In this document: piece by piece, positions 48,782 to 58,775 of the stretch
Layout: each line of letters starts with the position of its first letter
How positions within the stretch are numbered: position 1 is the stretch's first letter
Assembly: GCA_048885865.1 (NCBI GenBank)
Contig: JBHLLF010000002.1
Span: forward strand, 1 to 64,000
Direction of reading: 5' to 3'
From: Candidatus Hermodarchaeota archaeon
Lineage (GTDB): Archaea; Asgardarchaeota; Thorarchaeia; Thorarchaeales; Thorarchaeaceae
Length of the DNA stretch: 64,000 bases
The notes under the pieces: model-generated
Told to the model about the DNA's origin: nothing
Database searches by the model: none
The model's input: the letters and a program-made list of their open reading frames with translations, nothing else
Program-made: the position numbers and the translations under genes

Positions 48782-49867
48782 CTACTCGTGATTTTCCTTG
48801 AACTCCACTAGAAAGTCTGCTAAAGCTTCAACACCTTCCTTGGGCATCGCATTGTAAATTGATGCTCTCATGCCACCAACTGATCGGTGACCTTTGAGCC
48901 CAACAAGCCCTCTAGCGGTGCCTTCTTCTACGATTTCCTTTTCGAGCTCCTCAGAAGGCAATCTGAATGTTACGTTCATGAGTGATCTTGAATCCTCTCT
49001 TGCATGGCCTTTATAGAAGCCACCAGAAGAGTCGATTACATCATACAAGATCTTGGCCTTTGCTCTATTCCTCTTCTCAATCTCCGATATGCCGCCTTCA
49101 CCCTTCCAATAATCAAGTGCAAGTTTACACACGTATATCGCAAAGCAGGGTGGAGTATGAAACAATGAGTTCTTCTCAACCTCAGTCTTCCACTTGAGTA
49201 GAGTGGGTGTATCTTCTGGTACTCTATCCACTAGGTCTTCTCTAACAATGACTAGTGTGACACCTGCAGGGCCTAGATTCTTTTGGGCACCTGCGAATAT
49301 CACACCAAAATCGTTCACATTTATTTCTCTGGCCATTAGGTCTGATGAGAAATCGGAAACCAAGGGGACGTCATCCGGGACATCAGGCCATTCATGCCAT
49401 TCTGTACCAAAGATTGTATTGTTACTTGCAATATGCCCATATGATGCATTGTCACTGAAACTAACACCACGAGGAATATAGCTATACTTCTCATCCGCAG
49501 AAGACGCTATTACTTCAACATCTCCATAGAGTTTCGCCTCTTTAATCGCCTTTGAAGTCCATGCTCCGGTGTCAACAAATTGGATTGGTTTTCCAGGAAT
49601 GTGCAGATTCACTGGAGCCATATAGAATTGAGTTGATGCTCCACCTTGAAGCCAAAGAATCTTGTATTCATCAGGGACTCGCATGAGTTCTCGAACCAAA
49701 TCAGTTGCATCAGTATGCACCTTGTCATATTCCTTTGACCTGTGGGAAATCTCAAGGATTGACATTCCTGTTCCAGCGAAATCCAAAAGCTCCTCCTGCG
49801 CCTTCTCCAAGGCAGGTAGTGGGAGAGTTGCAGGTCCTGCGTAGAAATTGTACACTCTTTTAACCAA
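48782..49867 (-). CDS. serC: Phosphoserine aminotransferase
   Basis: YNFYAGPATLP, EISHRS, QGGASTQF, NNTIFGT, AGAQKNLGPAG, GHRSVGGMRASIYNA. Confidence 0.96.
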   Translation of the reverse strand: MVKRVYNFYAGPATLPLPALEKAQEELLDFAGTGMSILEISHRSKEYDKVHTDATDLVRELMRVPDEYKILWLQGGASTQFYMAPVNLHIPGKPIQFVDTGAWTSKAIKEAKLYGDVEVIASSADEKYSYIPRGVSFSDNASYGHIASNNTIFGTEWHEWPDVPDDVPLVSDFSSDLMAREINVNDFGVIFAGAQKNLGPAGVTLVIVREDLVDRVPEDTPTLLKWKTEVEKNSLFHTPPCFAIYVCKLALDYWKGEGGISEIEKRNRAKAKILYDVIDSSGGFYKGHAREDSRSLMNVTFRLPSEELEKEIVEEGTARGLVGLKGHRSVGGMRASIYNAMPKEGVEALADFLVEFKENHE

Positions 49868-49876
49868 TCAAATCAC

Positions 49877-51211
49877 CTATTGCATCTTGTTTATTGTGAA
49901 TCCTGTCCAAACTTTGGGATGGAAGAATGTGCTCTTCTGAGGCATGACTTCGATGTTGCGGGATACTGCTTCAACTTCCTCAATTCGCGTCGGATTCATA
50001 AAGAATACTGCTTGAGCCTCTCCTTTCACCGAATCAATTGCCTCATCCACAGCGTCTCCAATTCCTTTTATATACACGACGTATCCGCCTCCCTTCATTG
50101 TTCCCTGGGCAAGTTTTTCCCTATCGATACCGAGCTTCATATCCAGAATTAGAGAGTGAAGTATTGCCACGTCCAGACCTCGATGTTCAGCGGACTTGTC
50201 AGGCAGAATTTCATCCATTACTCTGGAATCCTTCAATGTCAGGGAATAGAACTTGTCATCATTCATGAACAGTCCGAATGCATGTTCTCCACCGATGAAC
50301 TTTTCGTTCATTAGAGAAAACATCTCATCCTTATTATCGAACTCTGCTATCTCGAAATGCTGACCTATTGAATCAAGGATCTTCTCCTTGGAGAATTCTT
50401 CCAGATTTTGTACAATGCGATGGGTGGGAAGAACAACAAGTCCCGGATTCGAGATATTCACAAAAGTAAGCATCCTGTATTTTGCTGATTCCAACTCTGG
50501 ATTCTCCTTTGAGAGAGCGAGTGCGGTCTTGTAGCGATGATGTCCGTCGGCAATGATCACATACTTATCCTCCATGTATTTCGTCACAAGACTGGTGTCG
50601 TCCGGGTTGTCGATAATCCAGAGCCTATGACGCACACCATTGCTATCCATTATATCATCCGCTGGTCTCTCCTTCATGGCCTTCTCCAACACATCATCCA
50701 CCTGGCCTTCATGATCGGGATAAATCACAAAGATCTGACCAAACTGTGCCATACATGCTCTGCAGAGACTGAGTCTGTCTTGGATGTCCTTCGGAAGCGT
50801 TTCTTCATGCTGAAGTACTCCAGAGAATGCATCCTTGCTGGGAGCTTCACTGGCGAATTCCTCAAGTCGGATAAGACCAATGAATCCGAATCTGAACAGC
50901 TCTTGCTCATTCACTTTGAAATTCTGGCCGTAAACATAGAACGATTCTTTCTCGTCTTGCTTCAGAGCTCCGCTATCAATCCAATTCTCTAGAAGATTAC
51001 GTGCTCTAGTATATTGATTGACTTGATCTGTATCGCCTTCCTCTGGTTTATTCTTAATAATCCAAGAGATGTTATGCTCTGAAAGAGCCTGAAGTTCATC
51101 CACTTTCTTTCCTTTGATTATGTCATACGGAGGAGCAACTACCTTACTTATCTCACCTACTTTTGACTCATCATATCTGAATGCCTTGAAGGGAATAACA
51201 CGGACCAACAC
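49877..51211 (-). CDS. DUF1015-family protein
   Basis: PFKAFRY, APPYDII, HEETL, IADGHHRY, MPQKSTFFHPK; AGGAGG SD before GTG 51211. Confidence 0.9.
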   Translation of the reverse strand: MLVRVIPFKAFRYDESKVGEISKVVAPPYDIIKGKKVDELQALSEHNISWIIKNKPEEGDTDQVNQYTRARNLLENWIDSGALKQDEKESFYVYGQNFKVNEQELFRFGFIGLIRLEEFASEAPSKDAFSGVLQHEETLPKDIQDRLSLCRACMAQFGQIFVIYPDHEGQVDDVLEKAMKERPADDIMDSNGVRHRLWIIDNPDDTSLVTKYMEDKYVIIADGHHRYKTALALSKENPELESAKYRMLTFVNISNPGLVVLPTHRIVQNLEEFSKEKILDSIGQHFEIAEFDNKDEMFSLMNEKFIGGEHAFGLFMNDDKFYSLTLKDSRVMDEILPDKSAEHRGLDVAILHSLILDMKLGIDREKLAQGTMKGGGYVVYIKGIGDAVDEAIDSVKGEAQAVFFMNPTRIEEVEAVSRNIEVMPQKSTFFHPKVWTGFTINKMQ

Positions 51212-51394
51212 TATGTTCCTCCTTAGGAAGATGTCCACAGATGCGGATGAAACGCCCGCCGTGTCATCTTCGACATAAGTGTTTCTTTTCGCACTCAATT
51301 TCATGCAAAGAGGGTTGATAGCGGGTCAACAGTCAAACTTAAATGAATAACATGAACGAGCACGAGAGCTAAAACCACTAGTGAGGAGAGAGCA

Positions 51395-51655
51395 GTGGAG
51401 TTCTGCGAGAAGTGCGGTGCATTAATGCTCCCAAAGAAGAAGGATGGCAAGCCAATTCTGAAATGTAGGGAATGCGGGCATGAGAAATCAGTTAAGGCCC
51501 CTCCTCAATACAAGGTCGAATATAGAATAAAGCATAGTCCTAGGGAGAAGATAGTTGTCGTAGAAGAGAGTGATACACGTCGGGAAGAGATGTCCGAAGA
51601 TGAAAAGAGGGAGCGGCGAAAAGAAATCCTAGAGCATTTTGAGGCTGAGGATTGA
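51395..51655 (+). CDS. RpoM/TFS-like protein with only the N-terminal zinc ribbon
   Basis: MEFCEKCGALMLP...LKCRECG; lacks the C-terminal TFIIS ribbon (QTRSADE) and ends in a charged helix. Confidence 0.8.
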   Translation: MEFCEKCGALMLPKKKDGKPILKCRECGHEKSVKAPPQYKVEYRIKHSPREKIVVVEESDTRREEMSEDEKRERRKEILEHFEAED

Positions 51656-51788
51656 ATCATTCTAGATAATGCTTTAAGCTTGGACGACCATATTGTAACA
51701 TCTAAGTGGAAGGGCTGTTGAACTATTGCTGGTTAATCTCGGAGGTGCTCTTCTCAGACTGGTCTTCTAATCTCCAGGAGGTTTTTCA

Positions 51789-52670
51789 ATGAATGAACAC
51801 AGGACTAACCATTTCTACGACTTAGAGAATTTTATCATTGAGCATGGCAACATAGCAGACATCCTGCGACTCATTGCAGCAGGATACAAGATTGATGATG
51901 ATATTGTGAATTCTGTACTGAACGAAGTTGAAGGTCTGTTAAACAGAGATGGAGGAGTTCCGTTCGGTCTGGAAGAAGGCAATCCCAGCTCAGTGAAAGA
52001 AACCTCAGAGCTATTGCCGCTTCTTCTAAAATTCAGGAAGACTCACGAGCGTCTCATTCAGAGGATGGCAGATTTCTTGGTGTCGCGTCAGAAGAATGAT
52101 GGTGGCTTTGCGGAAACAATGAATCTTGATTATTTGATTGAAGATCGATATGGCGCAAAGTGGGGAAGTGAGTTCTATCCAGTGGGCAAAAGCGTCACAT
52201 GGCTCACTGGAAAAGCCTTGGAAGCATTGTCATTGGCGAAGCACAATGACGAGGTTCGCTTGCGACGAGCCCGTGATTTTCTGTTGAATTCGCAAAATGA
52301 GGATGGGAATTGGCCTGACTTCATAAACATGGGCCAATCCGACCCTTTAGCTACGGGTAACATTCTAACAGGTCTAAGAGCTGCTGGAGTTGATTCTAAA
52401 GCTAAGGTCTACAGGGATGCTAGAGCCGCTCTATACCAACATCTCAAGGATGCGCTTGAGTCCAAGTCAACTGATGACATGATTGACTTGACAGCTGTGT
52501 GCCCTGCAGAAACAGACAAAGAACGGAATGTCATTAAAGGCGCTCTAGAACTCATTATCGCGACTCAGAAGAATGATGGCGGTTGGCAGCCCCTGGGTTC
52601 AAAGAAAAGCGATACTGAATTGAGCTCTATTCTCGGTTTCGTTCTAAAGGAATGCGAGAAGTACAAATAG
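51789..52670 (+). CDS. Prenyltransferase/squalene-oxidase repeat (QW-motif) protein
   Basis: LNRDGGVP, QKNDGGFA, QNEDGNWP, QKNDGGWQ repeats. Confidence 0.8.
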   Translation: MNEHRTNHFYDLENFIIEHGNIADILRLIAAGYKIDDDIVNSVLNEVEGLLNRDGGVPFGLEEGNPSSVKETSELLPLLLKFRKTHERLIQRMADFLVSRQKNDGGFAETMNLDYLIEDRYGAKWGSEFYPVGKSVTWLTGKALEALSLAKHNDEVRLRRARDFLLNSQNEDGNWPDFINMGQSDPLATGNILTGLRAAGVDSKAKVYRDARAALYQHLKDALESKSTDDMIDLTAVCPAETDKERNVIKGALELIIATQKNDGGWQPLGSKKSDTELSSILGFVLKECEKYK

Positions 52671-52690
52671 ATTCACGTTAGGGTGTAGCC

Positions 52691-53197
52691 ATGCAAGAGA
52701 AGAGAATTGCAATTCTGCAAAGGGATAGGAACTGCATAGCTGGTGTCTTTACATCTTCAGGTCTTTTTGCCACGACAACACCTAGGAAGAGCTGCAAAGA
52801 AGCTGTATTAGCCGTTAATGGAGCTGACCTAACACGCAGCGAATCGAAAGATGATCTGGCAGTACTAAATGCGGTTTTTGATATTGCGGAAGGGATCGAA
52901 GTTCCTGATGTTGACAAGATTAGACTAGACCTCTCTGAAATGACAGAGAAGCAGCGTCAGGTTGTCAAGGCGACTCTTTCCATCCCCCGCGGGGAAACCG
53001 CTACATATGGAGAAGTTGCTAGAAAGGCTGGACTCCCTGGAGCCGCACGTTTTGTTGGCAATGTTATGGCAAGCAACCGTCTATATCCTCTCGTCCCATG
53101 TCATAGAGTCATTTCGTCTTCAGGTCTAGGTGGATATGGCCTGGGTATAAAAAAGAAGATAGAACTCCTAAGGCGCGAAGGGGCATTCGCGGATTAG
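52691..53197 (+). CDS. ogt: Methylated-DNA-protein-cysteine methyltransferase
   Basis: IPRGETATYGEVA, AARFVG, PCHRV active site, LGGYG. Confidence 0.93.
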   Translation: MQEKRIAILQRDRNCIAGVFTSSGLFATTTPRKSCKEAVLAVNGADLTRSESKDDLAVLNAVFDIAEGIEVPDVDKIRLDLSEMTEKQRQVVKATLSIPRGETATYGEVARKAGLPGAARFVGNVMASNRLYPLVPCHRVISSSGLGGYGLGIKKKIELLRREGAFAD

Positions 53198-53237
53198 TTT
53201 CTCATAACGTTTTAAATAGCTTCTAATAGTTCACAAT

Positions 53238-53741
53238 GTGGGACCTATCTCTACGGAGTGTGTGTGGTTGAACCTAAAAGTACGCAGAGAAGATGAAACT
53301 GTAGAATTGCGCAAAGTTGAGCTTGAGTCTCTAAGTCCACCACTTTTTCGAACTTTCATTGGCTACAACTCCTTGAAGCGACTAGGATATTCTATATCTT
53401 TCATACGCCCCAAGAAGAGCTCCAGTGGCGATTTCGAGAGAATACGCTACAATTTCATGGAACGAGGCGTTATGACGCGCCAACTTGAGGATGAGCTTGA
53501 GCCAGACATGAAACGCGGAATCCTGAATCAACTCCCCCGTGGAAACTTCAGCATTGTATTGCTGCTTACTCAAGTGCCTCGTCGAGGTGTAAACATCCGG
53601 CTTGACAAGTTCATGTACAACTTCCTCGGATGCATTCTAATGCGCAACGATGAAGTGCTTGATGTCGTAATGAATACTACTCCCACAAGAGACATCCTAA
53701 TGCCAATGTACGAGCAGCAGGTGGAATCGATAGAAGCCTAG
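53238..53741 (+). CDS. Hypothetical protein
   Basis: 167-aa ORF; start uncertain; no family recognised. Confidence 0.6.
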   Translation: MGPISTECVWLNLKVRREDETVELRKVELESLSPPLFRTFIGYNSLKRLGYSISFIRPKKSSSGDFERIRYNFMERGVMTRQLEDELEPDMKRGILNQLPRGNFSIVLLLTQVPRRGVNIRLDKFMYNFLGCILMRNDEVLDVVMNTTPTRDILMPMYEQQVESIEA

Positions 53742-53809
53742 CAAGCAAAGTCTGCAATCAATCTTATCAGGCACCAGAACAAGCGTGTACACGCTGTGGT
53801 GTTCAATTC

Positions 53810-55504
53810 ATGTCACGTAGGGCCAGGGATGTGCCCAAAGAAATAGCGTCTTTTGGGCAGAGACAATTTCGAGAAACAGGCGCTTCTGCTGTCGAGGTTC
53901 TTCGTGTGAAAGCCTCAACAATGAGGAAGCATTTCTCTAAGCTAAAAGGGATTACATTCCTTGTTGCAGTCATCAGCAAGGATCGAGTGCGTGTCTACTT
54001 CTTCAATTCTGCTGGTATTATGCTCATCGGGGAAAATATTGAAGTCGAGAAATATGGAACGATCCGCAAGACTTCCAAGCTTGTAGCTAAGTTTGAAAAG
54101 CCAAGACCTCTCACCAAAGAGGAGCTCAGAATAGAAGCCACAGAAGAACTTAGGCAGAATTTGTCTAGAACTCTGAAACGTGTTGTCAGATTCCTTGGCA
54201 GGAAGGAACCTGAATTCCCAGTGATCTATGTTACAAGAGAAGCATCCATCGGCACTAGTCAAGGATTTGGACTTCTAACAGAGGACGATGGCTCCCTGGT
54301 ATTTGAGCAGGGTATTCTAGAGTCGAAATGGCGTGATGGTCTTATAACTCGTGCAAGTGTTCTTCAGCTTCTTGAAGCAGACAAACGTAATTTGGATTTC
54401 AGCTCGACCATTGGTAATGCAATAGCCTTTGCTTCTCTAGATGGCCAGAAACGAATTGATTGGCTGGACATTTGGAAAAAGAGAACGAAGGAGACCTCGT
54501 TCACGCCTATTGTCAACCACTTATCCAAACATGCATCCGCCTATTCATGGGTTGGGTTTGCAAGGATTTTGAATCTAGTTGAAAGAGTTCCAGAACTGAC
54601 AGATGACAAATGGATTCTAGCGTTGAATGAAATCCATGAATCTTTCGAAGTAACGCTTGGAACGGAGGAACAACTCTCGATACAAGGTTTCTGCGAAAGC
54701 TTGTCAAAACCCAGAAAGCTAGCAACTAAACGCCATACTTTGGAATCAATCCATCTTGCGCCAAGAGCTTTGTGCGATCCCTCCTCGCTAGGCTTGACCT
54801 TGTCAGTTGGCGAGAGAAGATCGAAAGATGAGCCATGGCTTTGGATAGAGTATGTCGATGGAGCACAAAAGAGGTGCCTTACAATCATCGAGGGAGAAGA
54901 GAATCCACTTTCGCAAATTGTGTATACTCTGAATATTGAAGACATCTTTCCAAAGGCAGGAGGGGTGCTTGGCAAGGGCAAAGATGTTCTCGCCTGGATC
55001 CTCAGGACACTCGGTGTTGAAGAAGAGAGAAAGCGCACATTTCAAACCACGATAGAATTCTCAAGAAAACAAGTGTCCGCAGCTGAGAATGCGGTTCTTG
55101 AACGACTGGTCGGGGGAGGTCTAAAGGTCCTCTCAGATTCTCTTATTGGATCTCCCCAGAGAGTGGATGGATTGGTGAAGAGCGGGGCTGTTGCCCTTCT
55201 ACCTGATTTCAATCATATCGGCTTTGGTCCAAATCTGTTGCTCCAGGGAGAATATGACCAGCTTGTTGAAACTGTTTCACATAGCATTGAATCTACTATC
55301 TTTCAGGCCGCCAAAGGCAGCTTTGCACTTACTAGTGCTCCATCATCATGGAGGCGTTTAGTACTCACTAGTGCATCTGAAAATGGGATTGCTGTCCAGC
55401 CAGTCATCCAGGCAAGGTCATCAAGAAGAATGATCCGGTCTGAGGAAGTGTTTCCTAAGAGTTCTGAGATGCTATTTTGGAGTGAGGAGCGGCCTAAGAA
55501 ATAA
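53810..55504 (+). CDS. Hypothetical soluble protein (564 aa)
   Basis: Long uninterrupted ORF; no motif recognised. Confidence 0.75.
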   Translation: MSRRARDVPKEIASFGQRQFRETGASAVEVLRVKASTMRKHFSKLKGITFLVAVISKDRVRVYFFNSAGIMLIGENIEVEKYGTIRKTSKLVAKFEKPRPLTKEELRIEATEELRQNLSRTLKRVVRFLGRKEPEFPVIYVTREASIGTSQGFGLLTEDDGSLVFEQGILESKWRDGLITRASVLQLLEADKRNLDFSSTIGNAIAFASLDGQKRIDWLDIWKKRTKETSFTPIVNHLSKHASAYSWVGFARILNLVERVPELTDDKWILALNEIHESFEVTLGTEEQLSIQGFCESLSKPRKLATKRHTLESIHLAPRALCDPSSLGLTLSVGERRSKDEPWLWIEYVDGAQKRCLTIIEGEENPLSQIVYTLNIEDIFPKAGGVLGKGKDVLAWILRTLGVEEERKRTFQTTIEFSRKQVSAAENAVLERLVGGGLKVLSDSLIGSPQRVDGLVKSGAVALLPDFNHIGFGPNLLLQGEYDQLVETVSHSIESTIFQAAKGSFALTSAPSSWRRLVLTSASENGIAVQPVIQARSSRRMIRSEEVFPKSSEMLFWSEERPKK

Positions 55505-57158
55505 TCTCAATAACTGTCCCAATCGCTCTTGTGTTTGCTTCTCGCAGCACAATCTTATCACCCAGCTCTATCGGTTCTGGGAACGACATGAATTCCAATC
55601 TCACTCGGGCGAAGTCGCCCACACTAAGATACTCTGCATCATAGATACGTTTCAGAATAACAGTATGCTGAATCGTATGGCATTGAAGCACAGGTGAGTA
55701 CCCCACTGAGATTCTGGTTGGATGTCTTGTGACAACAATGTTAGCCTCAAAGGTTCGGCAACTCTTAATGGTGTCATCAGGGTCAGCCACAACTTGACCT
55801 CTTCTCACGTCATGTTTGTCCACATCTTTGACATCAAATCCGAAAAGGTCTCCAGCACGGACAGAGCCAATTCTCTTCTTGAACATCTCAATACTGAATA
55901 GCCTTCCGTCCTGCATCTCCCCATTCTCATCCGGTCCTATAATGACACTCTGTCCCTTCTTGAACACGCCCGTCTTCACAGTGCCAGTAATCACAGCATT
56001 TGTGCCTCTAATTCCGCGATACACCTTGTCTACATATGCTCGAGCTGGTTTAGTCAAGTCTACAGTCTTTGAGTTTGAAGGCAACCTCCGTAATAGCTCT
56101 GTAAGAAGTGTGAGGGATTCTTCTTTCGTAGAAGCAATTTCAATCATAGGTACAACAACCCTATGCTCTATCTCGCTCACTAGGGTGTCTATCTCATCCT
56201 CATTCTTCAGACTGACAGGTATCTTGCCAATCTCTCTGAGAGTATTTCGGACAACTTCATTGACGAGTGCCAAGTCTTTAGAATTCGTCTTATCCACTTT
56301 TGATAGGATGACGATGAATGGCGCCTCTTGATTTGACATCAATATAAGATGCTCTCGTGTGATATCATCTAGCCTTCTGAGACCAGTCTTTCTTTCTTCA
56401 CTACGAATCAAATTAGCTTCTTCCGGGCCGGGAACCAGCACTAATCCATACTGAGCATCTGCTCCTAGGATGCTCCTTATCATGGTCTTGCTATACTCCT
56501 GATGTCCAGGCGCATCAAAAAAAGTGAGAATTCTTGCTGATGCATCCAGTACCCTAGCGGCCTCTTCCTTGTTTCTTGGATTATCTAGATGTATAGTCTT
56601 CCCATCACCAGTGAATCCCATGAATGCTAGATGAATGTCTGCGGTCTGCCCGCGCGTTATTTCCTGCGGATGAATGAGCAGAAATGATCGTGATTTGCCT
56701 GAGCCATTATCCGGAGATCCAGTGACCAGAGAGCCAATTAGTGTCGATTTGCCCGAGTTCACTCGACCGGCCACATTGAAGGAGCAAGTTTCCTTGACTT
56801 CAAGTGCTGCTATTCTCTTGAGAAGATATTTGCCCACCAATCCGTGCTCTGTTTCGATTCTCTCTTCTTCGATTATCTCGACCTCGGCTTCTCTGCACAA
56901 TTCAATGAGCACTGTTTCAGCGGTCTTAATTCTGTCCTCAGATAGTCCGTATACCTCCCATGTCTTTCCAGCTAAGTCTTCAATCCCAATGAGAAAGATG
57001 CCTTCAAAGGGATTCTCGCATGTCATGTATCTTATTCGAGTAACCAGTTTCTGGCGCCGGTCCGATTTGAGGTCTGCCTTCGTGAGACTCCGCTTGAATT
57101 CCATGTTGCGGGCTTCCCCTTTGCGAAGAATCTCTGCGATTTCCTCAACCGATGTCAT
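55494..57158 (-). CDS. GTPBP1/GTPBP2-like translational GTPase with N-terminal AlbA_2-like domain
   Basis: GEARNMEFK N-terminus; GRVNSGKST, HPQEITRGQT, DAPGH, SKVD; EF-Tu-like domains II and III (HPTRISVGYSPVLQCHTI). Confidence 0.9.
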   Translation of the reverse strand: MTSVEEIAEILRKGEARNMEFKRSLTKADLKSDRRQKLVTRIRYMTCENPFEGIFLIGIEDLAGKTWEVYGLSEDRIKTAETVLIELCREAEVEIIEEERIETEHGLVGKYLLKRIAALEVKETCSFNVAGRVNSGKSTLIGSLVTGSPDNGSGKSRSFLLIHPQEITRGQTADIHLAFMGFTGDGKTIHLDNPRNKEEAARVLDASARILTFFDAPGHQEYSKTMIRSILGADAQYGLVLVPGPEEANLIRSEERKTGLRRLDDITREHLILMSNQEAPFIVILSKVDKTNSKDLALVNEVVRNTLREIGKIPVSLKNEDEIDTLVSEIEHRVVVPMIEIASTKEESLTLLTELLRRLPSNSKTVDLTKPARAYVDKVYRGIRGTNAVITGTVKTGVFKKGQSVIIGPDENGEMQDGRLFSIEMFKKRIGSVRAGDLFGFDVKDVDKHDVRRGQVVADPDDTIKSCRTFEANIVVTRHPTRISVGYSPVLQCHTIQHTVILKRIYDAEYLSVGDFARVRLEFMSFPEPIELGDKIVLREANTRAIGTVIEIIS

Positions 57159-57374
57159 TTAGGATACATCCGAGTATCTCCTCTGTAACTAGATGCTGTT
57201 ATAAGCGCTAGCACGAGCGTCGTCGTTGGATTCCTCCACGATTCAACGCTTGGTCACGACCACTCGCGTTTCAGCCACTGTATTGGATTTTGAAGCAAAT
57301 CTATGGCTGATATCGTAAGCTTATTAGATAAATCGGATGTGGCTAGGAAAGGAAGTCTGCAGGGTTGGATTAAA

Positions 57375-58763
57375 TTGTTTGATAAACTAGAGAGTGCAGT
57401 AGAACAGGGAATAGGCCTGGGAGCTAGCTATGTTGAACTCCGGGGCGAATCTGGATTCATAGAGTATATCCAGATGGACGATAGTCGTGTAAGCGCTTTG
57501 ACTCAGAGGATTGAGCAAGGAGTAGCGGTAAGGGTCCTTGCTGATGGTGCTTGGGGATTCGTTACAACCGGCGATTTGAATGGGCTAGAGAGCGCAGTCA
57601 AGGATGCATACTCAATGGCCAAGGCTGCAGCAGCTACGCGCCAGGAGCCGATCGTCTTGGCCGACACAAAGGGCCATGAGGATGTTGTTGAATTCAATGT
57701 GAAGCGCGATCCTCGTCATGTTCCTATAGAAGAGAAGCTCGAGTATATGCAGGATATGACCAAGGCAATCCGCGATTTTGACTCACGGATTACTGCTGTC
57801 ACCGTGAAAGTGCGGACAGCGTCTGGGAAGAAATACCTGATGACCTCTGACGGCTCAAAAATCCAGACCGATGTTGTCTTGGTATGGAGCTATCCATGGG
57901 TAACAGGCAAAGAGGGAACCCGTCTTAGTGCTGCTCGCTACGAAGACGCCTCGACAAATAGAGGATGGGAGTATATGGAAGAGGTTGCAACGCCTGAAGT
58001 TATTGGCTTGGCGGCTGCGAGACGTGTCAAGCTCCAGCTTGAAGGAACCCCTGCAAAAGGCGGGTCATTTCCATGCGTTCTCGGTCCTCGTGTGATTGGA
58101 GTTCTTGCCCATGAAGCTTTGGGTCATCTGGCCGAGGCAGACCTCACTGTCCAGAGTTCCTTCAATGGCAAGCTAGGCGAGGTGGTTGCTTCAGAAGGCG
58201 TTAGCATGACTGACAATGGAGTCGATGAAGATAACCTTGGTACATCAAAATATGACGATGAGGGTTCATTGGCATCAAGAGTTGAGATCATAAAAGACTC
58301 AGTACTGACTGAACTGCTCACGAACAGAGAATATGCGGCAAAGATCGGCCAACGAGTTACGGGGAATGCCAGAGCCGAGAGCTACCTCCATCCACCAATC
58401 ATACGCATGAGGAATACACTGTTTGAGAGAGGCGATTATAATCCTGATGAGATGTTTGAGGACATAGATTTTGGTTACTATTGTGCAGACTTCAGAGGTG
58501 GACAAGCCCAGATGAATGCATCCTTCCAAGTTGGTATTCAAGAAGCTTATGAGATTGTAAATGGCGAGCTAGGCAAGCCAGTAACAGACCTATCCATATC
58601 AGGTATTGCCACTGATTCTCTTTTCAAAATCGAAGGTGTTGCAAATGAGGATTTCCCCTTTGAACTAGGACGATGTGGAAAGGGGCAGGAGGCATTCGTT
58701 GCAGCTGGAGGGCCAAACATTCGGTTCTTGAAGGGTGGTATCACTTTTGGAGGTTCAAGCTAG
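57375..58763 (+). CDS. tldD: TldD-family metalloprotease subunit
   Basis: GVAVRVLADGAWGF, LAHEALGH (HExxH), YDDEG, GNARA, RMRNT, CGKGQ. Start inferred at TTG 57375 (ORF open from 57303). Confidence 0.92.
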   Translation: MFDKLESAVEQGIGLGASYVELRGESGFIEYIQMDDSRVSALTQRIEQGVAVRVLADGAWGFVTTGDLNGLESAVKDAYSMAKAAAATRQEPIVLADTKGHEDVVEFNVKRDPRHVPIEEKLEYMQDMTKAIRDFDSRITAVTVKVRTASGKKYLMTSDGSKIQTDVVLVWSYPWVTGKEGTRLSAARYEDASTNRGWEYMEEVATPEVIGLAAARRVKLQLEGTPAKGGSFPCVLGPRVIGVLAHEALGHLAEADLTVQSSFNGKLGEVVASEGVSMTDNGVDEDNLGTSKYDDEGSLASRVEIIKDSVLTELLTNREYAAKIGQRVTGNARAESYLHPPIIRMRNTLFERGDYNPDEMFEDIDFGYYCADFRGGQAQMNASFQVGIQEAYEIVNGELGKPVTDLSISGIATDSLFKIEGVANEDFPFELGRCGKGQEAFVAAGGPNIRFLKGGITFGGSS

Positions 58764-58775
58764 GAGGTTCATATC

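Noticed and set aside
57160-57374. Possible structured RNA between the GTPase gene and tldD (small hairpins, TGGTCACGACCA)
   Set aside because: Only short stems that could arise by chance; the region is adequately explained as a divergent promoter.
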